Assembly: GCA_004431415.1 (NCBI GenBank)
Contig: QPMI01000487.1
Coordinates: 1 to 57,591 of the forward strand
Direction: 5' to 3'
Source: Cyanophora paradoxa CCMP329
Taxonomy: Eukaryota > Plantae > Glaucophyta
DNA length: 57,591 bases
A model generated the notes under the pieces. That model did no database searches. It was not told where the DNA came from and saw only the letters and a program-made list of their open reading frames with translations. A program made the translations under genes and the position numbers. Positions 33,424-45,499 of the stretch are shown piece by piece; the stretch's first letter is position 1; every line of letters begins with the position of its first letter.

Positions 33424-35960
33424 ATGCACCTCGGCGAGGAGAGGAGGCAGAAGATCAGCTTGCGATCGCTCCGCGTCCGCTGATGGCGAGAGCGACGCGC
33501 TCGCTGCGCTTGGAGAGTCAATCGAAAGAAAAGAAGCGTCCGCGCCGGCGAACGACCGCACCTCGGCCCGAGCGGCCGAAAGCATGATCTCCGAGGCGCC
33601 CGGCAGCCCGCGACCGCGACCGCGAGGGCGAGGGCGAGGGCGAAGAGCTCGCTGCGCTCGGATCGAAAGAGAAGAAATATGCGCGACAGCAAACGACCGC
33701 ACCTGCGCCCGAGCGGCCGCAAGCATGAACTCCGAGGCCGATCCCAGCAGCCACCGGGCCACACGTCCGGAAAGCGGCACGCGCTGCGCTGCGCACGCCG
33801 CCGGCGTTACAACAAGATCAAAGGGCGAGCAGTGGAGACAAGAGCGAGCACCTGGCCTGCGGAAGAAGGCGCCGGGCGAACTGGGCGGTGGTGTTCTGCT
33901 CGCGGGACCAGTCACGCCCGCTCCCTGGCCCGCCAGCGAAATGAGGGATTGAATCAAAGGAGAGGAAACGAAAAGCACCTTGCTTCGCCTCCGCAGCCGC
34001 CGCCTACGTTCGGCGCGTGCCTGTCAGCGGCAGAACGCCCACTGGCGACAGCCGCGGGAGGAATGGACAAAAAAGGCAACAAGGAGGTCGACAGCGATGC
34101 GTTCGCGAGCGTTCGCGGCCGCAACCGGGCGCCAGCCACCCTGAAGCAGCGCTCTGCGTTTGAAATCAGGCGGGCGACAGGCGGCGAGAGGCGCCAGAGG
34201 ATGCAAGAGAGGACCTTCGAGCATCGTTCGCGCTGGAAGCCGACGAAGTTCGCTGCGGCGGCAGCAAGTCCGTTCGACCTGGTTTGAAAAGCGGAATCAG
34301 AGACGCGGGCAGCGCTGCGAGACCCGGAGGAGCCAACGAACCGAGCCGCTGTGAGAGTGAAGCGCGTCCGCGCGGCAGCCTTCAGTCGAGGCTGCAGCTG
34401 CTGGCAGCAAGGCACATGAAGGCGCTTCAAGGCAGCAAGTTTGGGGTACACGACTGTTGGGAAAAGCCTTGTGAGGCCCACAGCGGCAGGGCCGCCGCGG
34501 CAGCCGCGCCGTAGTATAGCTTTCCGAAGCCGCCTGAAGCGATTGCCAACGGCTCGACCTGGCCCTCGGTCCGGAGCGCCTCCCGCTGCGGCACCTTCGC
34601 GCGTGCTCGCAGCACGCAGCGCGAGGCAGCTACAAGCACGTGAGCTTGTAATCATGGGTCCAGCTCCCCCGTAGCGTCGTCCCTGCGCCGCGCCGATCCA
34701 CAGCTAGATCGACGTCGACCAGCTGCAGGCCCGCAACCCCGCGCTGGGTGACTTCGCCGTGCTGGCCGGGCTCTTAAGCTTTGCGTGGCTTTCAGCTCAC
34801 TTACATCCGCAGTATCTCTACCAGACAGCCCCGCGGTCGATTTGGAGGGTTGATCATGAGGTGCACACCGGCCGGCGGAGCTCTCTCACATGTTTCGGTT
34901 CATAGCGCGTCCCTCTAAGATGCTCACGCAGTGCCTCTGACTCTGGACTGGCCGGGCGCTGCGTGAGCGCGCGGACCGACGCAACCTCCCGATCGGCGGT
35001 CGCCTCGGGTGCGCCTGCCAAGCACAGCATTTGGCCAGCGACGCGCGAGCGCGTAGCTGACGAGGCCCAGATCGCCAGGATGGGTGAGCCGCCTCGGATC
35101 GTCGCAGTTTGGGAGACATTCTTCTACACTGCCTAGGTGAGCCGGCTGGGCCCGTGCGCGTCGCTGACAGGACGCGTACGCGTCGCTGACGGGGTGCGCC
35201 GGTAACACAGGATACCGGAAAACGCCGCGTGAAGCCCAGGGGCTGGGGTGCGGCGGGTGGCGACGCCGCTCGCGGGGCGGGGCGGATCCGGAGGCGCGGC
35301 AGGCGGCCGCGTGAATTCCAGGATAGGGCGGAGGCGCTTCCTGCGGCGCTGCAGCTCGCGGAGGCGGGCGGGCGGCCGGAGGCGCGGCGCGTGGCGGCGT
35401 GGCTCGCCGGGCGGGGCAGAGGCGCGGCGGGCGGCCGCACGGCTCGCCAGGCGGGCCGGGGGCGCGGCGGGTGGCGTCGGCGGCTCGCCGGGCGCGGCAG
35501 GCGGCGGAGGCAGCTTGCCGGGCCGGGCGGAGGCGCGGCGGGCGGCCGCGAGGCTCCGCTGGGCGGGGCGGAGGCGCGGCGGGCGGCGGCGAGGCTCGCC
35601 AGGTGGGCCGGGGGCGCGGCGGGCGGCGGCGCGGCTCGCGGAGCGGGATGGATCCTCGCGGGCGGCGGCGAGGCTCGCCGGGCGGGGCAGACGCTCGGCG
35701 GGCGGCCGCGCGCCTCGCGGGCCGGGGCGGAGGCGCGGCGGGCGGCGGCGCGCCTCGCTGGGCGGGGCGGAGGCGTGGCGGGCGGCGGCGGCGGCTCGCG
35801 GGGCGGGATGGAGGCGCAGCAAGCGGCGTCGGCGGCTCGCCGGGCGGGGCGAAGGCGCGGCAGGCGGCGGAGGCAGCTCGCCGGGTCGGGCGGAGGCGCA
35901 GCGGGCGGCCGCGAGGCTCCGCTGGGCGGGGCGGAGGCGCGGCGGGCGGCGTCGGCGGCT
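33424..35960 (+). repeat. Left arm of ~2.5-kb inverted repeat
   Basis: Reverse complement of ~39835-42365; mirrored ORFs such as 33518-33796 / 41993-42271 and 34886-35440 / end of 38970-40913. Inner edge approximate. Confidence 0.92.
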
Positions 35961-36180
35961 CGCCGGGCGGGGCCGAGGCGCGGCAGGCGGCGGAGGCAGC
36001 TCGCCGGGCCGGGCGGAGGCGGGGCGGGCGGCGCGCGGCTCGCTGGGCGGCCGGAGGCGCGGCGCGCTGCGGCGCGACTCGCCGGGCGGGGCAGAGGGGC
36101 GGCGGGCGGCGGTGCGCAGGCGCGGCGGCCGGCTGCGCGGCTCGCAGGGCAGGGCGGAGGAGTGGCGCGGCGGAGGCTCG
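35380..36180. repeat. Extremely GC-rich ~30-35-bp modular satellite
   Basis: Modules such as GGCGGAGGCGCGGCGGGCGGC..GGCTCGCCGGGCGG. Confidence 0.9.
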
Positions 36181-36240
36181 TGGGGAAGCCTGCAGATGCT
36201 CGCTCTGTACCGTAGTACTCTTGCGTAGATCATCGGATAT

Positions 36241-38960
36241 GCACCCCGCCCATTTCGAGGGTGGGAAATCCGAATCTGAAGTTCTCGTCAGCTCGTCCAT
36301 TCTCATATGCTGAGCGCGGCGACTTTGCACTTCTTTGCTCATGATCATGATCATATGCATGAGTCTCTAGCTGCCATTAAAAGAATACTGGGTTCCTGGC
36401 ACATGTCTCACAGTGTAAGCACCCGGAGATGATATCAGCGCCCCACTGTGCACGTGTATCTGTAGAGTATTTGACGAGAAGCTCAGGGCTCCCGGGCATT
36501 GCGGCGGGGAAGAACGACTCCCTTATAGGGTTTCTCCCGAGATCAATTTGAGAGCCGATTCCCAGTCCGCCCGTGCCTTTCCAGCTCAGATGCCAACGGA
36601 TACGAGTCATTTGATAGCGTGTTAGATAGGGCCTCAACGTGGTTACCGGCTGCCGGGCTTCTATTCGCATTTCCTGGCGCGCGGGAAGGCCTCAAAATGC
36701 CCGCCAAAAATAATGGCGACTTGCCCTGCAAAATAATGCACGGCACGCTACGAGCTAGCTTGCGGCCTGCGCCGACCTCAAAATCAAATCCAGCACTGTC
36801 AAGAACCCCCGAAAGCGTCTCATCGCCCGGATGTAACTTGTCAGATAAGATGCTATCCTTGGTGATTTCCGAAGTTTCTGTCCTCGAGGCCTCTTCGGGG
36901 CAAGTTGACAGTCTCGGAGAGCTCGCTTGACCTGACGCCGCTCCGTCATCTTGGTCCGCGACTCAGTGACTGACTCCACATTTGCACCCCGCCCATTTCG
37001 AGGGTGGGGAATCCGAATCTGAAGTTCTCGTCAGCTCGTCCGTTCTCATATGCTCAGCGCGGCGACTTCGCACTTCTTTGCTCATGATCATGATCATGAG
37101 TCTCTAGCTGCCATTAAAAGAATACTGGGTTCCTGGCACATGTAAGCACCCGGAGATGATATCAGCGCCCCACTGTGTATCTGTAGAGTATTTGACGAGA
37201 AGCTCAGGGCTCCCGGGCATTGCGGCGGGGAAGAACGACTCCCTTATAGGGTTTCTCCCGAGATCAATTTTGAGAGCCGATTCCCAGTCCGCCCGTGCCT
37301 TTCCAGCTCAGATGCCAACGGATACGAGTCATTTGATAGCGTGTTAGATAGGGCCTCAACGTGATTACCGGCTGCCGGGCTTCTATTCGCATTTCCTGGC
37401 GCGCGGGAAGGCCTCAAAATGCCCGCCAAAAATAATGGCGACTTGCCCTGCAAAATAATGCACGGCACGCTACGAGCTAGCTTGCGGCCTGCGCCGACCT
37501 CAAAATCAAATCCAGCACTGTCAAGAACCCCCGAAAGCGTCTCATCGCCCGGATGTAACTTGTCAGATAAGATGCTATCCTTGGTGATTTCCGAAGTTTC
37601 AAGTTTCTGTCCTCGAGGCCTCTTCGGGGCAAGTTGACAGTCTCGGAGAGCTCGCTTGACCTGACGCCGCTCCGTCATCTTGGTCCGCGACTGACTCCAC
37701 ATTTGCACCCCGGGCCCCGCCCATTTCGAGGGTGGGGAATCCGAATCTGAAGTTCTCGTCAGCTCGTCCGTTCTCATATGCTCAGCGCGGCGACTTCGCA
37801 CTTCTTTGCACATGATCATGATCATGAGTCTCTAGCTGCCATTAAAAGAATACTGGGTTCCTGGCACATGTAAGCACCCGGAGATGATATCAGCGCCCCA
37901 CTGTGTATCTGTAGAGTATTTGACGAGAAGCTCAGGGCTCCCGGGCATTGCGGCGGGGAAGAACGACTCCCTTATAGGGTTTCTCCCGAGATCAATTTTG
38001 AGAGCCGATTCCCAGTCCGCCCGTGCCTTTCCAGCTCAGATGCCAACGGATACGAGTCATTTGATAGCGTGTTAGATAGGGCCTCAACGTGATTACCGGC
38101 TGCCGGGCTTCTATTCGCATTTCCTGGCGCGCGGGAAGGCCTCAAAATGCCCGCCAAAAATAATGGCGACTTGCCCTGCAAAATAATGCACGGCACGCTA
38201 CGAGCTAGCTTGCGGCCTGCGCCGACCTCAAAATCAAATCCAGCACTGTCAAGAACCCCGAAAGCGTCTCATCGCCCGGATGTAACTTGTCAGATAAGAT
38301 GCTATCCTTGGTGATTTCCGAAGTTTCTGTCCTCGAGGCCTCTTCGGGGCAAGTTGACAGTCTCGGAGAGCTCGCTTGACCTGACGCCGCTCCGTCATCT
38401 TGGTCCGCGACTGACTCCACATTCGCACCCCGCCCATTTCGAGGGTGGGGAATCCGAATCTGAAGTTCTCGTCAGCTCGTCCGTTCTCATATGCTCAGCG
38501 CGGCGACTTCGCACTTCTTTGCACATGATCATGATCATGAGTCTCTAGCTGCCATTAAAAGAATACTGGGTTCCTGGCACATGTAAGCACCCGGAGATGA
38601 TATCAGCGCCCCACTGTGTATCTGTAGAGTATTTGACGAGAAGCTCAGGGCTCCCGGGCATTGCGGCGGGGAAGAACGACTCCCTTATAGGGTTTCTCCC
38701 GAGATCAATTTTGAGAGCCGATTCCCAGTCCGCCCGTGCCTTTCCAGCTCAGATGCCAACGGATACGAGTCATTTGATAGCGTGTTAGAAAGGGCCTCAA
38801 CGTGATTACCGGCTGCCGGGCTTCTATTCGCATTTCCTGGCGCGCGGGAAGGCCTCAAAATGCCCGCCAAAAATAATGGCGACTTGCCCTGCAAAATAAT
38901 GCACGGCACGCTACTAGCTAGCTTGCGGCCTGCGCCGACCTCAAAATCAAATCCAGCACT
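36241..38960. repeat. Tandem array of ~715-740-bp units (3 full and 1 partial)
   Basis: Identical anchors at 36429, 37156, 37884 and 38597 (periods 727, 728, 713). Confidence 0.95.
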
Positions 38961-38967
38961 GAGAGCC

Positions 38968-40440
38968 TAGTGCCCGCCCGCCGCACCTCTGCCCCGCCCG
39001 GAGAGCCGCGCCTCCGCCCCGCCCGGCGAGCCGCCGACGCCGCTTGCTGCGCCCCCGGCCCGCCTTGCGAGCCGTGCGGCCGCCCGCCGCGCGTCTGCCC
39101 CGCCCGGCGAACCGCGCCGCCGCCCGCCGCGCCCCCGGCCCGCCTGGCGAGCCGCGCGGCCGCCCGCCGAGCGTCTGCCCCGGTCCGCGAGCCGCCGCCG
39201 CCGCCCGGCCGCGCCTCCGTCCCACCCCACGAGCCGCGCCACAGCCCGCCGCGCCTTCGCCCCGCCCGGCGAGCTGCCTCTGCCGCCCGCCGCGCCTCCG
39301 CCCGCACGGCGGAGCCCCGCCGCCGCCCGCCGCGCCACATTCTCGCCCGGCGAGCCGCGCCGCCGCCCGCCGCGCCCCCGGCCCGCCTGGCGAGCCGCAC
39401 GGCCGCCCGCCGCGCCTCCGTCCCGCCCCGCGAGCCGCCGCCGCCGCCCGCCGCGCCTCCGCCCCGCCCAGCCGAGCCTTGCAGCCGCCCGCCGCGCCTC
39501 CGCCCCGCCCAGCGGAGCCTCGCGGCCGCCCGCCGCGCCTCCGCCTGGCCCGGCGAGCTGCCTCCGCCTCCTGCCGCGCCTCCGTCACGCCTCGCGAGCC
39601 GCGCCGCCGCCCGCCGCGCCCCGGCCCACCTGGCGAGCCTCGCCGCCGCCCGCCGCGCCACAGTCTCGCCCGGCGAGCCGCGCCGCCGCCCGCCGCGCCC
39701 CGGCCCGCCCGGCGAGCCGCGCCGCCGCCCGCCGCGCCCCCGGCCCGCCTGGCGAGCCGCGCGGCCGCCCGCCGAGCGTCTGCCCCGGTCCGCGAGCCGC
39801 CGCCGCCGCCCGCCGCGCCTCCGTCCCGCCCCGCGAGCCGCCTCCGCCGCCCGCCGCGCCTCCGCCCCGCCCAGCGGAGCCTCGCGGCCGCCCGCCGCGC
39901 CTCCGCCCGGCCCGGCGAGCTGCCCCGCCGCCTGCCGCGCCTCCGCCCCGCCCGGCGAGCCGCCGACGCCGCTTGCTGCGCCTCCATCCCGCCCCGCGAG
40001 CCGCCGCCGCCGCCCGCCGCGCCTCCGCCCCGCCCAGCGAGGCGCGCCGCCGCCCGCCGCGCCTCCGCCCCGGCCCGCGAGGCGCGCGGCCGCCCGCCGA
40101 GCGTCTGCCCCGCCACTCGCTGCCGCCCGCGAGGATCCATCCCGCTCCGCGAGCCGCGCCGCCGCCCGCCGCGCCCCCGGCCCACCTGGCGAGCCTCGCC
40201 GCCGCCCGCCGCGCCTCCGCCACGCCCAGCGGAGCCTCGCGGCCGCCCGCCGCGCCTCCGCCCGGCCCGGCAAGCTGCCTCCGCCGCCTGCCGCGCCTCC
40301 GCCCCGCCCGGCGAGCCGCCGACGCCACCCGCCGCGCCCCCGGCCCGCCTGGCGAGCCGTGCGGCCGCCCGCCGCGCCTCTGCCCCGCCCGGCGAGCCGC
40401 GCCGCCACGCGCCGCGCCTCCGGCCGCCCGCCCGCCTCCG
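38968..40440. repeat. Same GC-rich satellite in opposite orientation, longer array
   Basis: GCCGCCCGCCGCGCCTCCGCCCCGCCCGGCGAG modules. Confidence 0.9.
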
Positions 40441-42365
40441 CGAGCTGCAGCGCCGCAGGAAGCGCCTCCGCCCTATCCTGGAATTCACGCGGCCGCCTGC
40501 CGCGCCTCCGGATCCGCCCCGCCCCGCGAGCGGCGTCGCCAACCACCGCACCCCAGCCCATGGGCTTCACGCGGCGTTTTCCGGTATCCTGTGTTACCGG
40601 CGCGCCCCGTCAGCGACGCGTACGCGTCCCGTCAGCGACGCGCACGGGCCCAGCCGGCTCACCCAGGCAGTGTAGAAGAATGTCTCCCAAACTGCGACGA
40701 TCCGAGGCGGCTCACCCATCCTGGCGATCTGGGCCTCGTCAGCTACGCGCTCGCGCGTCGCTGGCCAAATGCTGTGCTTGGCAGGCGCACCCGAGGCGAC
40801 CGCCGATCGGGAGGTTGCGTCGGTCCGCGCGCTCACGCAGCGCCCGGCCAGTCCAGAGTCAGAGGCACTGCGTGAGCATCTTAGAGGGACGCGCTATGAA
40901 CCGAAACATGTGAGAGAGCTCCGCCGGCCGGCGTGCACCTCAACCCTCCAAATCGACCGCGGGGCTGTCTGGTAGAGATACTGCGGATGTAAGTGAGCTG
41001 AAAGCCACGCAAAGAACCCGGCCAGCACGGCGAAGTCACCCAGCGCGGGGTTGCGGGCCTGCAGCTGGTCGACGTCGATCTAGCTGTGGATCGGCGCGGC
41101 GCAGGGACGACGCTACGGGGGGAGCTGGACCCATGATTACAAGCTCACGTGCTTGTAGCTGCCTCGCGCTGCGTGCTGCGAGCACGCGCGAAGGTGCCGC
41201 AGCGGGAGGCGCTCCGGACCGAGGGCCAGGTCGAGCCGTTGGCAATCGCTTCAGGCGGCTTCGGAAAGCTATACTACGGCGCGGCTGCCGCGGCGGCCCT
41301 GCCGCTGTGGGCCTCACAAGGCTTTTCCCAACAGTCGTGTACCCCAAACTTGCTGCCTTGAAGCGCCTTCATGTGCCTTGCTGCCAGCAGCTGCAGCCTC
41401 GACTGAAGGCTGCCGCGCGGACGCGCTTCACTCTCACAGCGGCTCGGTTCGTTGGCTCCTCCGGGGTCTCGCAGCGCTGCCCGCGTCTCTGATTCCGCTT
41501 TTCAAACCAGGTCGAACGGACTTGCTGCCGCCGCAGCGAACTTCGTCGGCTTCCAGCGCGAACGATGCTCGAAGGTCCTCTCTTGCATCCTCTGGCGCCT
41601 CTCGCCGCCTGTCGCCCGCCTGATTTCAAACGCAGAGCGCTGCTTCAGGGTGGCTGGCGCCCGGTTGCGGCCGCGAACGCTCGCGAACGCATCGCTGTCG
41701 ACCTCCTTGTTGCCTTTTTTGTCCATTCCTCCGCGGCTGTCGCCAGTGGGCGTTCTGCCGCTGACAGGCACGCGCCGAACGTAGGCGGCGGCTGCGGAGG
41801 CGAAGCAAGGTGCTTTTCGTTTCCTCTCCTTTGATTCAATCCCTCATTTCGCTGGCGGGCCAGGGAGCGGGCGTGACTGGTCCCCGCGAGCAGAACACCA
41901 CCGCCCAGTTCGCCCGGCGCCTTCTTCCGCAGGCCAGGTGCTCGCTCTTGTCTCCACTGCTCGCCCTTTGATCTTGTTGTAACGCCGGCGGCGTGCGCAG
42001 CGCAGCGCGTGCCGCTTTCCGGACGTGTGGCCCGGTGGCTGCTGGGATCGGCCTCGGAGTTCATGCTTGCGGCCGCTCGGGCGCAGGTGCGGTCGTTTGC
42101 TGTCGCGCATATTTCTTCTCTTTCGATCCGAGCGCAGCGAGCTCTTCGCCCTCGCCCTCGCCCTCGCGGTCGCGGTCGCGGGCTGCCGGGCGCCTCGGAG
42201 ATCATGCTTTCGGCCGCTCGGGCCGAGGTGCGGTCGTTCGCCGGCGCGGACGCTTCTTTTCTTTCGATTGACTCTCCAAGCGCAGCGAGCGCGTCGCTCT
42301 CGCCATCAGCGGACGCGGAGCGATCGCAAGCTGATCTTCTGCCTCCTCTCCTCGCCGAGGTGCAT
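39835..42365 (-). repeat. Right arm of the ~2.5-kb inverted repeat
   Basis: Identity to the left arm ends at ...CTCGCCGAGGTGCAT (42365). Confidence 0.92.
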
Positions 42366-43000
42366 AGCCGCCTGCGTGCCGGCCTTTTCCTCTTTCCATT
42401 CGATTTAAGCTCTCGCTCACCGCGATGCGCATGGCGCAGCGAGGGCGGCGAGGTGCAGAACGACCTGGTGCGGGCCGCATCGCTTCACCCGTTATCCTCC
42501 AGCTTCTGACTCGCCCTTTGTTGCAGGGTTTATACTTCTTCCGGGGCCAGGGTAGGGTTTATATTTGCAGGACTAGGCAGGGCTAGGCCAGAGTAGGGAT
42601 CATATTTGCGATGTGACATGTATGCATAGGTGTGTGCATGCAGATCATGAATTAGGCGGCCCGCACGATATGTGAAAATAGGTGGCCTGCAGATTAACTA
42701 ATTTATATAGATGCAAAAAGCCAATGCCAGATGTACATGTGTTCTGGCCCGCCTATAGCTAGTCATGGGCCGTCAGGGCCTATATATAGCTATATAGGTG
42801 GGCCTTTGTGAAGCGTTGAGCTCTCGAGCTTGCCCCTTCGCTGTCAATGCATTGTTAACCCTCGGAGGTTGCATGAGTCACGCGTCGCGGAGGTTTGGGT
42901 GTTATATTGCGATCAGGTACACGCTGCACTAACAGGGGGGCTAGCACTAACCGACGCGGGGAGTAACAGCCGGTGTACCCCTCGGGGGGCCTCCCGGCCT

Positions 43001-43781
43001 CTAACGATGCTCAGGCTCTAACTGAATGCTGTACCCCCCGCTGTTACTGCCCGAACCTTCCGAACTTGCGTAATTCGGCCTCGCCCTGTACCCAGTGGCT
43101 GGTGTCGTCCATCCATTCGCGTACCTCCCTCTGACGCTTGAGTGACTCACGCTGCTCGGGGGTAGGGGAGGGGGGCCTTCGAGGCGGGGTGGGAAGGGGG
43201 TACGGTGGCAAAATTCAGCCACTCGGGGGTATGCCGAATTCGCCGTGAACGATCCTCTGCGGTGTGAAATACCGGTCGCTGCTCACGGCCAAGTGGAAGA
43301 ACGCGCTCCTGAGCCCGGAGAGGAAGCGTGGTTGCATGAATGGCTGCTGGAGGGACTCGTCGCGCCAGGGGGCTACGAAATCAATGATACGCTGCTGTAC
43401 CTGCGCGGGCAGGGCAAGGATCTGGCTCTTGCGGTTCGCAAAGGCCGTCCACAGCGCTTGCAGGTCGGCCCAATCGCCGTTCAGATCCCTGCGTTCGCGC
43501 CTCAGGTACGATCTCGGGTTCTCTGTCATACCCATCAAGCCCGCGGCCCTGATCATCTCCCTGTCCGGGAGCTCTCGCTCGTCGTGGAATTCGTCTCTAA
43601 TCCAGCGCACAAGGTAGAGCACGCGCTCCATGAAGTTCTCCGCCGGCGAGCCGCCCCCTGAGGACGTGCGCCTCCCCTCCAGCACTGCGTTCGCATCCTC
43701 CAAGTCCACGTTCCGCTGTCGAATCTCCCCGTCCAGGTCGCCGTTGTTGTACAGCACGTCGGACTCGCGTGTTCGCGCCAT
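43001..43781 (-). CDS. Hypothetical protein, paralog of 43941-44510 (C-terminal extension 43001-43222 via probable frameshift)
   Basis: ENFMERVLYLVRW...LWTAF...LALPAQVQQRII...RD...LSGLRSA. Upstream ATAAATTCTCA motif. Confidence 0.65.
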
Positions 43782-43940
43782 GCTCGCGGCTCGGTGAGAA
43801 TTTATACCTGTACCCTACTCGCGGTCGGGGTACCTGTCGCCGGGCATCAGCCTCGCGCGCTTCCGCATCTCCGCCTCCCGGGTAGCCAGTTCTTCGGGTC
43901 GTTGCTCCACTCCTCCCATTCGCGTATGTCCCGTCTGACG

Positions 43941-44510
43941 TCACGCGGGGCGGGGGCGTTTATCGGTGGGGCGGGCGGGGCTGGCAGGGCCTGGCGCGGG
44001 GGTTGAGGCCCCTGTTCCACGAGTACTCGGGTACTCTTCCCATCCCAGGGGTACCAGATTCATCGGAATTGGCTCAACTTCGAATTGGGGCTTTTTGACG
44101 TGATAATCATAGTTTGTGACATACGCCGTCACAGCCGAGCGCAAGCGCGAGAGGTCGCGCAAATTTACGTCGTCCCATTGCGAGTCCCTTGCCTTCGCGT
44201 ACCACTCGAGGATTTGCATGCGAATGTGGTCCGGGAGGGTCGAGAGTATGCTGAGCTTGGAGCCCAGGGCGAACCAGATGCGCTTGAACTCGTCGATAAT
44301 CCTGCCCTCGTCGTGGCTCCGAACGTAAAGGGCCCCGCCAGAGTTGTAATGCGTGTCTAGCCACCCTGCCCGGGCCAGCTCTAGCACCGGCCAGGGTTGG
44401 CGCTGTCGATTCGGTCGCGAGGCCTGCTCTACCACCCAGCGTCTAAGGTCCTTGACCTGATCTATGAACTGTGCGATCACGTCCCTGGGCGCTTCCTCTG
44501 CATCCGACAT
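43941..44510 (-). CDS. Hypothetical protein, paralog of 43001-43781
   Basis: AQFIDQVKDLRRW...IWFAL...LSTLPDHIRMQIL...RD...LSRLRSA. ATG at 44510. Confidence 0.7.
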   Translation of the reverse strand: MSDAEEAPRDVIAQFIDQVKDLRRWVVEQASRPNRQRQPWPVLELARAGWLDTHYNSGGALYVRSHDEGRIIDEFKRIWFALGSKLSILSTLPDHIRMQILEWYAKARDSQWDDVNLRDLSRLRSAVTAYVTNYDYHVKKPQFEVEPIPMNLVPLGWEEYPSTRGTGASTPAPGPASPARPTDKRPRPA

Positions 44511-44560
44511 TTGCAATTGCACACATCAAGAAATTCTAAACGCTACTGCGAGGCTACGCT

Positions 44561-45216
44561 ATGCATACCGATACAAATTGCGAGACTTTGCAACAGGGAG
44601 CGCAGCGTGGCACGCGGCGCGCCGTGAAAAACTAACTGCATCTAATTTTGCGGCTGCGTGCGGCATAAACCCCTGGAAATCCAGGGCCCGCCTGTGGGCG
44701 GAGCTAAGCGGGATAGCGGAGGAAAACAACTTTGACAACCCTGCCCTAACCTATGGGCATGACTATGAGCCCCTCGCGGTCTCTCTCTACAAAACGTCGA
44801 ACAACAACGTGGACGTGCAACATACTGGATTGCACGAACATAAGGAACTGCCCTTCCTGGCGGGCAGCCCGGACGGGCTGATTGGAAGCGATCGTATACT
44901 TGAAATAAAATGCCCCTACAAACAAGAACTCTACGAAAAGGTCCCAACTTATTACATGCCCCAGCTCCAGGGCCTGCTGGACATAACGGGCCGCGAGTGG
45001 GCCGAACTTTTTTGCTTCACTCCTCTGCGCGTGCAAACGTGGTACGTCAGACGGGACGAGAGGTACATCAAGCTCATGAGGAAGTGCTTACATCTATTTT
45101 GGATGCACGTCAAGGAGGGCACGCCGCCCGAGCCCTACAGCGATCGAATGAAGTCAGAGAACCTCAGCGAGGAGCAGGCGGCGCTGCGCGAGTTTAAGTC
45201 GTACGCCCTCCTCTAG
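44561..45216 (+). CDS. YqaJ / lambda-exonuclease-like viral recombinase
   Basis: W..ARREKLTASNF; YGHDYEP; FLAGSPDGLI; LEIKCPY; YYMPQLQ. One extra G at ~44597 gives MHTDTNCETLQQGSAAW from ATG 44561. Confidence 0.93.
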
Positions 45217-45338
45217 TGTCCGGACCTTTCCAATACTCTATATGATTATTGGGAGGGTCCGGACACGTCTCTTGGTCAGACTACTTCTGTCCCAGGTCTT
45301 TGGAATCTTAATATAAATTTTCCCGGGACCCGGGACAG
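45216..45338. terminator. Two tandem hairpins with AT-rich loops immediately after the YqaJ stop
   Basis: GTGTCCGGACC...GGTCCGGACAC (45216-45266) and CTGTCCCAGGTC...GACCCGGGACAG (45287-45338). Terminator role is inferred. Confidence 0.45.
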
Positions 45339-45499
45339 GGCTTGGTCGGACTCACCGTAGCTTGGTGTAGCTCAGGCCCAGGCCGGGTAGGCGAGTCTGT
45401 AATGAATCAGACCGCGCAGGATTTGGTTGAGCTGCTCGGTGCAGGGGGCGGGAAGGCGAGGCCGCGGAGGGCCATAGAGACGTAGCGGAAGGGGTGGGG

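Noticed and set aside
36241-38960. 720-bp units as rRNA/snRNA/tRNA arrays or coding repeats
   Set aside because: No recognisable structural-RNA motif, and the ORFs vary with indels between copies. An Rfam/Infernal scan would be decisive.
34886-40913. Long Arg/Ala/Pro/Gly ORFs (300-650 aa) in all six frames
   Set aside because: They arise from the extremely GC-rich satellite lacking stop codons; open in every frame with no domain signal.
33415-42375. Calling the large inverted repeat a foldback/MULE transposon
   Set aside because: No TSD at the outer ends (CGGCCGGGC versus AGCCGCCTG) and no transposase; kept only as a hypothesis.
44464-44560. ORF-track N-terminus of YqaJ (MNCAITS...)
   Set aside because: It overlaps the divergent gene. 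ATG 44561 plus one G gives the expected QQGSAAW start and sits after the shared upstream motif.
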